This document shows positions 9,360 through 23,242 of a stretch of 64,000 nucleotides of DNA, in pieces. A program made the translations under genes and the position numbers. Numbering within the stretch: position 1 is the first letter of the stretch; each line of letters starts with the position of its first letter. The DNA comes from an uncultured Sphingomonas sp. (lineage in GTDB: Bacteria > Pseudomonadota > Alphaproteobacteria > Sphingomonadales > Sphingomonadaceae): positions 19,327 through 83,326 of the forward strand of contig NZ_CALMAW010000092.1 in assembly GCF_937859915.1 (NCBI RefSeq), read 5' to 3'. Under the pieces are notes generated by a model that did not search any database, was not told the origin of the DNA, and was given only the letters and a program-made list of their open reading frames with translations.

Positions 9360-10259
9360 ATGGCATCGAAGGCACCCTTGGGGCAGCGCACAAGCGCGGG
9401 CTCGCAATTTCTGACAGACAGCTTCCAGCGAGGACTTTCGCATTGGAACCGCGAGCGCCTGGTCCCCGGGCTTGGCGAGACCGACTGGCGCCAGGCGCTC
9501 GATCGCGATCAGCGCATGCTCCGCCTCGAAGGCGGATTCATCGAGGAGTTGCGCGCCGATATCGCGGCCCGTGCCGCGCTGACGCCGACCGATGCCGATG
9601 GCTTCATCGCGTGGTTCGAAGATCTCAAGCAAAGCGGCGACGGCCAGGGCGATCCGTTGTTCGCCTGGCTGTCGGACCAGGCGTCACGCGACGAGATGCG
9701 TTGGTATCTCGAGCAGGAAGCCGCGGGCGAGGCGGGGTTCGACGATCTTGTGGCGATGACTCAGGTCAAGCTGCCGACCCGGCCCAAGCTTGAGCTGGCA
9801 CGCAACTATTGGGACGAGATGGGTCGTGGCAATGTCCGCGGCATGCACGGTCCCATGCTCGACCAGTTGGTCGAGACGCTGGCCCTTCAGCCCGTGGTCG
9901 AAAATACTGTGTGGGAGAGCCTTTGCCTTGCCAACGCGATGACGGCGATGGCGACGACGCGTCGCTACGCCTGGCATTCGGTCGGCGCGCTGGGCGTGAT
10001 CGAGCTCACCGCGCCCGGGCGCTCGGCCGATGTCGCGAAGGGGCTGCGCCGGATCGGACTGTCCGAGCGTGAGCGGCGCTATTTTGACCTCCATGCGGTA
10101 CTCGACGTCAAGCACAGCGCCGACTGGAATGCCGAGGCGATTCGCCCGGCGGTTGAAGAGGATCCTCGCCGCGCGACCGCGATGGCAGAGGGTGCGCTGA
10201 TCCGTTTGGCTGCCGGTGCGCGATGCTTCGATCGCTATCGCTCGGAACTGTGGGGCTGA
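9360..10259 (+). CDS. Iron-containing redox enzyme (heme-oxygenase-like diiron, HDO superfamily)
   Basis: NYWDEMG-x6-H, GALGVIE, YFDLHAVLDVKH metal-ligand pattern. Confidence 0.82.
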   Translation: MASKAPLGQRTSAGSQFLTDSFQRGLSHWNRERLVPGLGETDWRQALDRDQRMLRLEGGFIEELRADIAARAALTPTDADGFIAWFEDLKQSGDGQGDPLFAWLSDQASRDEMRWYLEQEAAGEAGFDDLVAMTQVKLPTRPKLELARNYWDEMGRGNVRGMHGPMLDQLVETLALQPVVENTVWESLCLANAMTAMATTRRYAWHSVGALGVIELTAPGRSADVAKGLRRIGLSERERRYFDLHAVLDVKHSADWNAEAIRPAVEEDPRRATAMAEGALIRLAAGARCFDRYRSELWG

Positions 10260-10272
10260 GGCGCCGGCTTCG

Positions 10273-11367
10273 CTAACGGGCGGTCGGATCGGACAGCCAG
10301 CGGGCGAGGGGCTCCCAGAGCAGAGTCCGCGCCCGGCCGCCGACCATCATGCCGACATGACCTTGCGCCAGCGTCAGCCTGCGGCCGATATTCGCGGCGC
10401 TGGCGGCGGGTACGATGCGATCGGTCGTCGAGACGATATCGAGCGTCGGACAGGCGAGCGCTGAAGGATCGATGGCACGGCCGGCGACGCGCCAAGTGCC
10501 ACGCCCGGGCCTGTCTTGTCCAAAAAAGTCGAGCACGAGCTCGCGCCCGGCGGCTGCGGTCAACGCCGCGCCGTCATTCGCCCAATCTTCGAGCGCGACG
10601 AAGCGCCGGATATCGGCGGCGGCTTGGTCGCGCGCACCAAAGGCAACGAACTTGCCGACGGTGCGCGCCGGATCGAGCCGCCAGAAGCCGGATTGCAGCA
10701 CTTCGAGCGGCAGCATGCCCATCGCCTCCGCGGACGGTCTGGCTTGCGCCCATAGGGCCGCGAGACCGCGGCGTGCGTCCTCGGGAAAGCCCGAGAAATG
10801 CCAGGGGGCGGCAATCAGCGCGAGCCCGGCCGGCGGTCGTATCGCCGCGGCGGCAACGGCCATCGTGCCGCCCAGGCAATAGCCGACGAGCGCCGCGTCT
10901 GAGCCGATCGTCTCGATCAGGGGGACCAGCAGCCGTTCGATATGATCGGCGAGGTCGAGATCGCGCTCGTCGGGCGTGGGCGATCCCCAATCGATGAGCA
11001 GCGGGCGGAGCCCTCGCGTCGCCAGCCAACGCATCAGCGAATGATCGGGAAGAAGATCCAGGACGTCAGGCGAATTGATCAGCGATGGGATGACGATCAC
11101 GGGCCGCCCGCTTCCGCCATAATCGGCCAAGGTCGCACGGCCCGCCGACGCAATTATGGGCATCGCCCGCGGCCGTTCGGGGCGTGCCGCCGTCTGATAG
11201 GCGCGCAACCCGGCGAGCGCTGCCGCCATGCGTGCGGGATCCCCCTCGGTTTCGCTGCGCAACATCTCAAGGAACAGCGGCAAGGGACGCGGTCTGTGTT
11301 GCGGTGCGGAAGGATTCGATGCTAGCCTATCGGGAACCGGCGGCGCGTCGGAGGGAGAAGGGGGCAT
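10273..11367 (-). CDS. PHA synthase-like alpha/beta hydrolase
   Basis: IPSLIN, Cys lipase box GYCLGG, DRIVP, GHVGMM; divergent from phaR; start uncertain (alternative 11265). Confidence 0.8.
   Translation of the reverse strand: MPPSPSDAPPVPDRLASNPSAPQHRPRPLPLFLEMLRSETEGDPARMAAALAGLRAYQTAARPERPRAMPIIASAGRATLADYGGSGRPVIVIPSLINSPDVLDLLPDHSLMRWLATRGLRPLLIDWGSPTPDERDLDLADHIERLLVPLIETIGSDAALVGYCLGGTMAVAAAAIRPPAGLALIAAPWHFSGFPEDARRGLAALWAQARPSAEAMGMLPLEVLQSGFWRLDPARTVGKFVAFGARDQAAADIRRFVALEDWANDGAALTAAAGRELVLDFFGQDRPGRGTWRVAGRAIDPSALACPTLDIVSTTDRIVPAASAANIGRRLTLAQGHVGMMVGGRARTLLWEPLARWLSDPTAR
11300..11311 (+). promoter_or_regulatory. Possible PhaR operator
   Basis: TGCGGTGCGGAA resembles TGC-N3-GCA PhaR boxes, about 57 nt upstream of phaR. 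Confidence 0.4.
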
Positions 11368-11368
11368 C

Positions 11369-11938
11369 ATGGCGAAGTCAGCATCGGGCACCGGCACCGT
11401 CATCGTCAAGAAATACGCCAATCGGCGGCTCTACAACACCGAGACGTCGAGCTACATTACGCTGGACCATCTCGCCGCGATGACGCGCGAGGGCCGCGAC
11501 TTCAAGGTGCTCGACGCACGCACCGATGACGACATCACCCATTCGGTGCTCACCCAGATCATCATGGACGAGGAGAGCAACGGCCAGACGCTGCTGCCGG
11601 TCAATTTCCTCCGCCAACTGATCGCGCTTTACGGCGATTCGATGCAGTCGATGGTGCCGCAATATCTCGAGGCCTCGATGGAGGCGTTCCGGCGCAATCA
11701 GCTGCAGTTCCGCTCGGCAATGGAAGGTGCCTTCTCGGGCGGCCCGTTCGCAGAGATCGCCAAGCGCAACATGGCGATGTTCGAGGCCGCGGCAACGGCC
11801 TTCAAACCCGATCCCGCAGGCGGTGCGGCGGCGGCAACGCCCGCGGCGCCGGCGTCCGTCGACGGCAAGGACGAGATCGCCGCGCTCAAGGCGCAGCTCG
11901 CCGGTCTGCAGGACAAGATTGACAAGATGGCCAAATGA
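11369..11938 (+). CDS. phaR: Polyhydroxyalkanoate synthesis repressor
   Basis: KKYANRRLYNTETSSYITL, DITHSVLTQII, LRQLIALYGDSMQ. Confidence 0.96.
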   Translation: MAKSASGTGTVIVKKYANRRLYNTETSSYITLDHLAAMTREGRDFKVLDARTDDDITHSVLTQIIMDEESNGQTLLPVNFLRQLIALYGDSMQSMVPQYLEASMEAFRRNQLQFRSAMEGAFSGGPFAEIAKRNMAMFEAAATAFKPDPAGGAAAATPAAPASVDGKDEIAALKAQLAGLQDKIDKMAK

Positions 11939-12261
11939 AGCGGGGCCGGAATGGTCGTATCGAGCCGCCGGCCTCTCGATTTGGAATTGTGTAGGTCATG
12001 ACCATGTCGCGGCCCTGTCCTCGATAACCGTTGCTGTCACCGCATACGGCGAGGTCGACCACGCCAACCCCCTGTTGCCGCTTTCCGTCGCGATGGCTCT
12101 ATGCGCGCCGACCTTCGCAGAACGCTTTGCGACAGGCCGCTCAGACTGCGCGCTGGTGGCAATGAAAGCGGAGAACGAGGTCTTCTTGTCGGGCGAGGCT
12201 GTGCCCATCACGGGAACGTCCGCCTCGTCCCCTTGCTGGATCACACACCAGGCAACGGACT

Positions 12262-12288
12262 ATGGGCGAGGCTCGGAGCCCCGCCCAT
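12262..12288. terminator. Hairpin downstream of the methyltransferase gene
   Basis: ATGGGCGAGGCTC-G-GAGCCCCGCCCAT; no clear U-tract. Confidence 0.4.
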
Positions 12289-12302
12289 GATTACCTCTGT
12301 TC

Positions 12303-13280
12303 CTAGGGTTTTGGCGACGACGGCGATGGATCGGTCGGCACGCCTTGATCTGGCCGCGGCGCATCGGGGCGCGGCGCAGCGGGCTCGGTGCCCGGGGCAG
12401 CGCTTGCCGATGGCGCGGTCGGGTCGGGCTTGACGAATTTGAGCGTCATCCGATCGCTCTCGCCGATCGCGGCATATTTTGCTTTGTCCGTATCTCCGAG
12501 CTCATAGGTCGGCGGCAGCGTCCACACGCCTTTCAGATGATCATGGTCGTCTTTGGGATTGGCGTTGACGTCGCTCGCCGCGACGAGCTGGAAGCCTGCC
12601 GCCATCGCCAGCCGGATCACGGTCGAGCGCTTGACGTATCCCGTCGTCTTTTCGCGCGCGATGTCCATCTGCTCGGGCAGGCGATGCTCCTCGATGCCGA
12701 GAATGCCGCCGGGCTTGAGGGCGCGGTACCAGTCGGCGAAGGTCTGCGGCGCGGTGCCGTCGCCGGGCTGGTCGGGCTCGCCGAGGAGATTGTGGATGTT
12801 GCGGAAGGTCAGGATCATGTCGGCAGTGCCGGGCGGCGTGAAATCCGTCAGTTTTCCGGCAGTAAAGGCGACGACCTGCACCTTGCCGAAGCGCGCGGCG
12901 TCCCCGCCGAGCAAAGCCTGGAAATTGTCCGTGCTCTTGCCTGGCGGAACGGCACCGACATAATGGCCGTTTGCGGCGAGATAGGGCGCTAAGATTTCGG
13001 TGTACCAGCCGCCCGACGGCAGCATCTCGACGACGGTCATGTCGGGCTTGAGCCCGAAGAAGCTCAGCGTCTGGGCCGGGTGTCGATAGGGATCGCGCGC
13101 ACGGTTCTCGGGCTTGCGCGCCGGATCGGCGACCGCGGCCGCGATGTCGGGCGAGACCTCGATACCGGCGCGCGGCACCGTTGCGGTCTTGAGAGCCGGC
13201 GGCTTAGCGACCGGCTTCGCCTCGAGCGGGGCGCAGAGCGTCAGACAGAGAAGCGGCAGGGCAAGCGGGGCACGACGCAC
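12303..13280 (-). CDS. Putative exported class I SAM-dependent methyltransferase
   Basis: RDPYRHPAQTLSFFG, VEMLPSGGWYTEIL, LTFRNIHN, GESDRMTLKF; N-terminal signal-like segment; GTG start inferred. Confidence 0.85.
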   Translation of the reverse strand: MRRAPLALPLLCLTLCAPLEAKPVAKPPALKTATVPRAGIEVSPDIAAAVADPARKPENRARDPYRHPAQTLSFFGLKPDMTVVEMLPSGGWYTEILAPYLAANGHYVGAVPPGKSTDNFQALLGGDAARFGKVQVVAFTAGKLTDFTPPGTADMILTFRNIHNLLGEPDQPGDGTAPQTFADWYRALKPGGILGIEEHRLPEQMDIAREKTTGYVKRSTVIRLAMAAGFQLVAASDVNANPKDDHDHLKGVWTLPPTYELGDTDKAKYAAIGESDRMTLKFVKPDPTAPSASAAPGTEPAAPRPDAPRPDQGVPTDPSPSSPKP

Positions 13281-13350
13281 GAGGCAGGTCTCCGGATCGG
13301 GGAAGCGCCAATGCTGGCCTTCCCGCGATCCGATGACAAGGGGCGTCGGC

Positions 13351-14853
13351 CTAAAGGCAGGCCTCGAGATAAGGCTGGTCGAAGCCGTATTGCTTGGCCT
13401 TCTCCAGCGTATAGGGGCGCAGACCCATCGAACGGTATTCACCCTGGATCTTGCCGTCGGCACTCTCGTCGAGATATTCGAACTTGAACAGCTCCTGCGT
13501 CACGATCACGGGACCTTCCATGCCGATCACCTCGGTGACGTTGGTGACGCGGCGCGAGCCGTCGCGTAGACGCTTGACCTGGATGATCATGTCGACCGAA
13601 TCCGCGATCTGGCGCGAGATCGCCTCTTTCGGGATCTTGATGTCGCCCATCATCACCATGTTCTCCATACGCCCGAGCGCCTCGCGCGGCGAGTTGGAGT
13701 GGAGCGTGCACATCGAACCATCGTGACCGGTGTTCATCGCCGCCAGCAGGTCGAAACACTCCTGGCCGCGGATTTCGCCGAGGATGATGCGATCCGGGCG
13801 CATACGCAGCGCGTTCTTGACGAGGTCGCGGATGCTTATCTCGCCCTGGCCCTCGAGATTGGGCGGGCGCGTCTCGAGCGGCAGCCAGTGCGGCTGCTGC
13901 AGCCGAAGCTCGGCCGCGTCCTCGATCGTCAGCACGCGCTCGCCAGGGTCGATCATCTTGGAAAGCGCATTGAGCATCGTCGTCTTGCCCGAGCCGGTGC
14001 CGCCCGAGATGACGATGTTGAAGCGGCAGGCGCCGGCGATCTTAAGCGCGGTCGCCATCTTGGGGCTCATCGAGCCGAAGCCCGCCATCATGTCGAGCGT
14101 GATCGGCTTGTCGGAGAATTTACGGATCGAGATCGCGGTGCCGCGCAACGACAGCGGCGGCACGATCACGTTGACGCGGCTACCGTCCTGAAGGCGCGCG
14201 TCGGCGAGCGGCGTGGTCTGGTCGACGCGGCGGCCGACCTTGTTGACGATGCGCTGGGCGATCTGGAACAGATGCTGTTCGTCGCGGAACTGGATCGTCG
14301 AGAGTTCGAGCCGGCCCTTCTTTTCGATGAAGGTCTGGTCGGGACCGTTGACCATGATATCCGAAATGTCGGGGTCGCTGAGCAGCTCCTCGAGCGGGCC
14401 GTAGCCGAGCAGCTCGTCGACCAGCACTTTTTCCAGCGCGAACTGCTCGCGACGGTTGAGGTTGATCTTGAGCTCGGCGAGCACCTCGCCGATGATCGGG
14501 CGAAACTCTTCCGCGAGCTCGTCCTTGGTCAGCGTCGCGGCCGCTTCCGGGTCGACGCGCTCAAGCAGGCGGGGGAGGACCTGTTCCTTGATCTTGTGGA
14601 CCGAGGCTTCGAAACCCTCGGCCTTATGGCTGGCGGCATCGCCAGATGCATCCTGTCGGCTGGTGAGGCGCTGCATCGCGTCGGACGGCATTGCGCCGCC
14701 TTCGGTGATCCCGCCGGCCAACGGTATCGTATCGATCGGGGGAAATTGCGCGCCGCCCGTCTCGGGTCCGTGCATGGGTCGCGCAACGCCGAACGCCGGC
14801 CGTTGTCCGCCAGCGCCGCCGCCCGTACCATTTCGCTTGCCGAACGCGCTCAT
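13351..14853 (-). CDS. cpaF: Tad/Flp pilus assembly ATPase CpaF/TadA
   Basis: GGTGSGKTT, IEDAAEL, ALRMRPDRIILGE, AMNTGHDGS. Confidence 0.94.
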   Translation of the reverse strand: MSAFGKRNGTGGGAGGQRPAFGVARPMHGPETGGAQFPPIDTIPLAGGITEGGAMPSDAMQRLTSRQDASGDAASHKAEGFEASVHKIKEQVLPRLLERVDPEAAATLTKDELAEEFRPIIGEVLAELKINLNRREQFALEKVLVDELLGYGPLEELLSDPDISDIMVNGPDQTFIEKKGRLELSTIQFRDEQHLFQIAQRIVNKVGRRVDQTTPLADARLQDGSRVNVIVPPLSLRGTAISIRKFSDKPITLDMMAGFGSMSPKMATALKIAGACRFNIVISGGTGSGKTTMLNALSKMIDPGERVLTIEDAAELRLQQPHWLPLETRPPNLEGQGEISIRDLVKNALRMRPDRIILGEIRGQECFDLLAAMNTGHDGSMCTLHSNSPREALGRMENMVMMGDIKIPKEAISRQIADSVDMIIQVKRLRDGSRRVTNVTEVIGMEGPVIVTQELFKFEYLDESADGKIQGEYRSMGLRPYTLEKAKQYGFDQPYLEACL

Positions 14854-14964
14854 CCACCATCTTCCCGCAATCGCACCCGATAGATCGGGCCTTCATGCGG
14901 GCGACGTTACGGCGTGGGGCCTACCAAATGCCTAACGCGATCGAAGCAATGTCCGTTAGCCGGT

Positions 14965-15231
14965 TCAGCGTATCTCTTCGACATGCTCCGCGAGGATCGT
15001 CAGTCCCTTGTCGTTGACCTCGGCGAAGCCGCCCTGGACCTTGATCCGCGACGTGACGGTGGTTGGGCTCGAATAGATCGCGATCTCGCCGTCGCGAACC
15101 ACCGACATCAGCGGCGCGTGGCCCGCAAGCACGCTGAAATCGCCCTCGGTGCCGGGGACGACGACCATGAACGCGTCCTCCGAGCGGACCAGCTTTTCCG
15201 GGGTGACGAGTTCGAAATGCATGTCGGCCAT
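14965..15231 (-). CDS. atpC: ATP synthase F1 epsilon subunit (N-terminal domain only, 88 aa)
   Basis: [30 protein letters not shown]; last gene of F1 operon. Confidence 0.95.
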   Translation of the reverse strand: MADMHFELVTPEKLVRSEDAFMVVVPGTEGDFSVLAGHAPLMSVVRDGEIAIYSSPTTVTSRIKVQGGFAEVNDKGLTILAEHVEEIR

Positions 15232-15240
15232 CGATGATTC

Positions 15241-15510
15241 CTACAATTTGACCAGCGCCACGATCAGCGCACCGACCGTTACCTGAGTGCCGATAAACCA
15301 GACGAGCATGGACGATCGAAACGCCTCGATTCTCGTTCCCATTGCCTCGATCTTGGTCGAAAGCCGGTGTTCCAAACTTTCGAGATCGGCCTTGGTGGCG
15401 GCGCCTTCGGTAACGGCTCGGCCGATCGCCGCGGCGATTGCTTCCGCTTGAGGCCCGGCTAGATCTGCCGCGCGCAGTTCCCGTGCCAAGGAGAGTGTAT
15501 CGACGCTCAT
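15241..15510 (-). CDS. DUF1640/CCDC90-MCUR1-like small coiled-coil membrane protein
   Basis: DTLSLARELRAA..QAEAI head, ATKADL neck, short coiled coil, C-terminal TM helix. Confidence 0.78.
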   Translation of the reverse strand: MSVDTLSLARELRAADLAGPQAEAIAAAIGRAVTEGAATKADLESLEHRLSTKIEAMGTRIEAFRSSMLVWFIGTQVTVGALIVALVKL

Positions 15511-15545
15511 GGCACGGGAATATCAGCGAGGCGGTGAAAAGTCGA

Positions 15546-18037
<2,492 letters not shown>

Positions 18038-18048
18038 CCGGGGTCAGC

Positions 18049-20135
<2,087 letters not shown>

Positions 20136-20354
20136 GCGCGCCCAATCCCCCGGATGCTATATCGCCCATGCAAAAAGGGGGGCGCCAAAGGGCGTCCCAG
20201 CACGGGTTGCGGGCCGGTTAGCAGGCGGGCGGGGTGGATGCAAGACCGGCCGCCGCCGCCCCGCCGCGCGTCGGATCGGCTGCCCGTACAGCGGATGCAG
20301 ACAACGGCGGCGAGCCGATCCGAACCCCGTCCAACGCCGTCGGACGGACCGGCC

Positions 20355-20906
20355 TCAGTGTCCGGGCAGCGTGGGCGCGACGACGGGCGGACCGATCGGT
20401 CCACCCTGCGCGGCGGCCTGTGCATCGCGCGCCGCCTGCTTCTCGGCCAGCGTCAATATGCCGTCGTGATTGGCATCCATCGCGTCGAACGCCGCGAGCG
20501 GGCGAGCGCTTGCCTCGGTCAGGCTGAGCTTGCCGTCGTGGTTGGTATCGACTGCGTTGAAGGCGTTGTTGGCGGCATCGAGCATCTTTTGCGCCTGCTC
20601 CTTGGTGGGGGCCGCGGTCGAATCGGGTGGCAGACGGTTGATCACGACGCCCATGCGCGCGGCGAACTCGGCGCGGCTCATGAAGCCGTCATGATTGGTG
20701 TCGGCAAGGTTGAAGACCTGCTTCACCTGGGCAAGCATCTGCGCGCGGGTGACGTCGCCATTTGCGGCGGGCGCGATCGGCGCGGCCGTATGAGAGGTTG
20801 CAGGCGCCTTCTTGGCGGGGACCGCCGCGTTCAGCGGCGGGGTGATCGTGAGACCGGTCATCGCCATGGCGATAAGGACGGGGTAGCCGGGTCGGATCAC
20901 ACGCAT
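20355..20906 (-). CDS. Secreted EF-hand domain protein
   Basis: Three EF-hand loops DTNHDGFMSRAE, DTNHDGKLSLTE, DANHDGILTLAE; signal-like N-terminus; start uncertain. Confidence 0.85.
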   Translation of the reverse strand: MRVIRPGYPVLIAMAMTGLTITPPLNAAVPAKKAPATSHTAAPIAPAANGDVTRAQMLAQVKQVFNLADTNHDGFMSRAEFAARMGVVINRLPPDSTAAPTKEQAQKMLDAANNAFNAVDTNHDGKLSLTEASARPLAAFDAMDANHDGILTLAEKQAARDAQAAAQGGPIGPPVVAPTLPGH

Positions 20907-20945
20907 TCTCCACTGTCGGATCAAGGTCGGTTGGCATCCCAACGC

Positions 20946-23114
20946 TTACAGGAAGCTGTATGGGTCCACGTCAACCGCGACGCGTACGCCGCGTTTCCAT
21001 TCGAGACCACCCAACCAGCTGCGAATGACGTCCTGTACGTCGAGCGCGCGACGGGCGTGGACGAGCAGCCGCTGGCGGTGGCGGCCGCGCAGCATCGCGA
21101 GCGGGGCGGGGGCGGGGCCGAACACCATCATCCCCTCCACCTCGGGCGCGGCATGGCCGATCAGCCGCGCGGTATCGACCGCTTCGTCAAGTTTTTCGGA
21201 GCTGACGATGATCGCGGCATAGCGGCCGAACGGCGGCGCGCCGGCCTCGCGACGACTCTCGGTCTCGGCATGATAGAAGCTCTCGGCATCGCCGGTGAGC
21301 AGTGCCTGGATCACCGGAGCACCCGGCTCGCGGGTCTGGAGCAGCACGCGGCCCGGCTTGGCGCCTCGGCCGGCACGTCCGGCGACCTGTGCGATCTGCT
21401 GGAAGCTGCGCTCGGCGGCGCGCAGGTCGCCCCCGGCGAGGCCAAGATCGGCATCGACCACGCCCACCAGGGTGAGATTGGGAAAATGATAGCCCTTGGT
21501 GACCAGTTGCGTGCCGATGACGACGTCGATCTCGCCCGCCTCCATCCGGTTGACGAACTCGGCGGCCTTGGCGGGCGACCAGATCGTGTCCGAGGTGATG
21601 ATCGCGGTGCGCGCGTCGGGCAGCAGGGCTGCGACCTCGTCGGCGATGCGTTCGACGCCGGGGCCGCAGGCAACGAGGCTGTCCTCCTCATGGCATTCGG
21701 GGCAAGCGGCGGGCGGCGGCATGACGTGGCCGCAATGGTGGCAGGCCAGCCGCGCGGTGAGTCGGTGCTCGACCATCCAGGCGGTGCAGTTCGGGCAACG
21801 GAAGCGGTGGCCGCAATGCCGGCACAGCGTCAGCGGCGCATAGCCGCGACGGTTGAGGAACAGGAGCGACTGCTCGCCGCGCTCAAGCGTCTCCTGCAGC
21901 GCTACGACCAGGGACGGCGCGAGCCAGCGCTGCTTCATCGGCGGATCGAGCGTCAGGTCGACGATCGAGATCGCGGGCATCTGTGCGACGCCGTAGCGGC
22001 CGGGCAGCTTGAGTTCGCGATATTTGCCGATCTCGACCATCTGCCGCGTCTCGATCGCGGGCGTGGCGGAGGCGAGCACCACCGGTACCTGCTCGAAATG
22101 CCCGCGCATCACCGCGACATCGCGGGCATGGTACATCACGCCCTCTTCCTGCTTGAAGCTGGTCTCATGCGCCTCGTCGACGACGATCAGCCCGAGATCG
22201 GCATAGGGCAGGAACAGCGCCGAGCGCGCGCCGACCACGACCTTGGCCTCGCCGCTCGCCACCGCGCGCCAGGCGCGCCGCCGCTGCGACTGGCGCAGGT
22301 CGGAATGCCAGGCGACGGGAAGATGACCAAAGCGCGCGGCGAAACGCTTGAGGAACGGCTCGGTGAGCGCGATCTCGGGCAGCAGGACGAGCGTCTGCCT
22401 ACCAGCTTCGACCGCGGCGGCGATGCCCTCGAAATAGACCTCGGTCTTGCCCGATCCCGTGACGCCGTCGAGCAGCATCGGATCGAATTTCTTCGCCTGC
22501 ACCGCGGCGACGATCGTCTCGGCGACCGCGCGCTGGACCGCCGACAATTCGGGGGGACCGAAGCGTGGATCGGGCAGGGGGAAGGGATCGTCGACCGCGA
22601 TCTCGACCGCCTCAATCGCGCCGATCTTGACCAGGCCGCGGATCACCGCGTCGGAAACGTCAGCGATCGCCGCCAGTTCGCGCACCAACCCCTGGCGCTC
22701 GCCGATCCGCTCGAGGGCCTGCGCGCGCTGCGGCGTGAGGCGTTCCGGTGCGACGCCGGTCGCGCGATATTCGATCACGGTCCGTCCGCCGTCGAGCGCG
22801 CTCGCCGACGACAGCGCCATCCGCAGCACGGCGGCGGGCGGGCTGAGATAATAATTGGCGGTCCACTCGATCAGCCGGCGCAGGGGCGCCGCGATCGGCG
22901 GCAGGTCGTAGGCGGCGGCGAGATTGCGCAGCCGGTTGTCGCCGACCTCGGCGTCCGACGGCATGTGCTCCGCCTCCCACACCACGCCGGCGAGTTGGCG
23001 CGGGCCGAGCGGTGCGAGTACGATCGATCCCGGCGCCACCGTCATCTCGCGCGGGACGCGATAGTCGAGCGGGCCGAGGGCGCTGTTGAGCAGCAGGACG
23101 CGGGCACGGCTCAT
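20946..23114 (-). CDS. priA: Primosomal protein N'
   Basis: GVTGSGKTEVY, VVDEAHE, LNRRGYAP, four CxxC pairs, QVAGRAGR. Confidence 0.97.
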   Translation of the reverse strand: MSRARVLLLNSALGPLDYRVPREMTVAPGSIVLAPLGPRQLAGVVWEAEHMPSDAEVGDNRLRNLAAAYDLPPIAAPLRRLIEWTANYYLSPPAAVLRMALSSASALDGGRTVIEYRATGVAPERLTPQRAQALERIGERQGLVRELAAIADVSDAVIRGLVKIGAIEAVEIAVDDPFPLPDPRFGPPELSAVQRAVAETIVAAVQAKKFDPMLLDGVTGSGKTEVYFEGIAAAVEAGRQTLVLLPEIALTEPFLKRFAARFGHLPVAWHSDLRQSQRRRAWRAVASGEAKVVVGARSALFLPYADLGLIVVDEAHETSFKQEEGVMYHARDVAVMRGHFEQVPVVLASATPAIETRQMVEIGKYRELKLPGRYGVAQMPAISIVDLTLDPPMKQRWLAPSLVVALQETLERGEQSLLFLNRRGYAPLTLCRHCGHRFRCPNCTAWMVEHRLTARLACHHCGHVMPPPAACPECHEEDSLVACGPGVERIADEVAALLPDARTAIITSDTIWSPAKAAEFVNRMEAGEIDVVIGTQLVTKGYHFPNLTLVGVVDADLGLAGGDLRAAERSFQQIAQVAGRAGRGAKPGRVLLQTREPGAPVIQALLTGDAESFYHAETESRREAGAPPFGRYAAIIVSSEKLDEAVDTARLIGHAAPEVEGMMVFGPAPAPLAMLRGRHRQRLLVHARRALDVQDVIRSWLGGLEWKRGVRVAVDVDPYSFL

Positions 23115-23242
23115 GCTATTGCCGTTCCCCGGCACACGCCGGCGCGCAGGCCCGCGGCTTGTGGTGGACGCCCCGTTGGATGAAAAGCGAACGGCCTGGG
23201 CCGAGGCCTGCGCCGCAGAGCGAAGAGGGTAGGGGACGCATC

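Noticed and set aside
14880-14960. CtrA box upstream of cpaF, and TTAACCAT at 24153-24160
   Set aside because: Only weak or half-site matches; insufficient support
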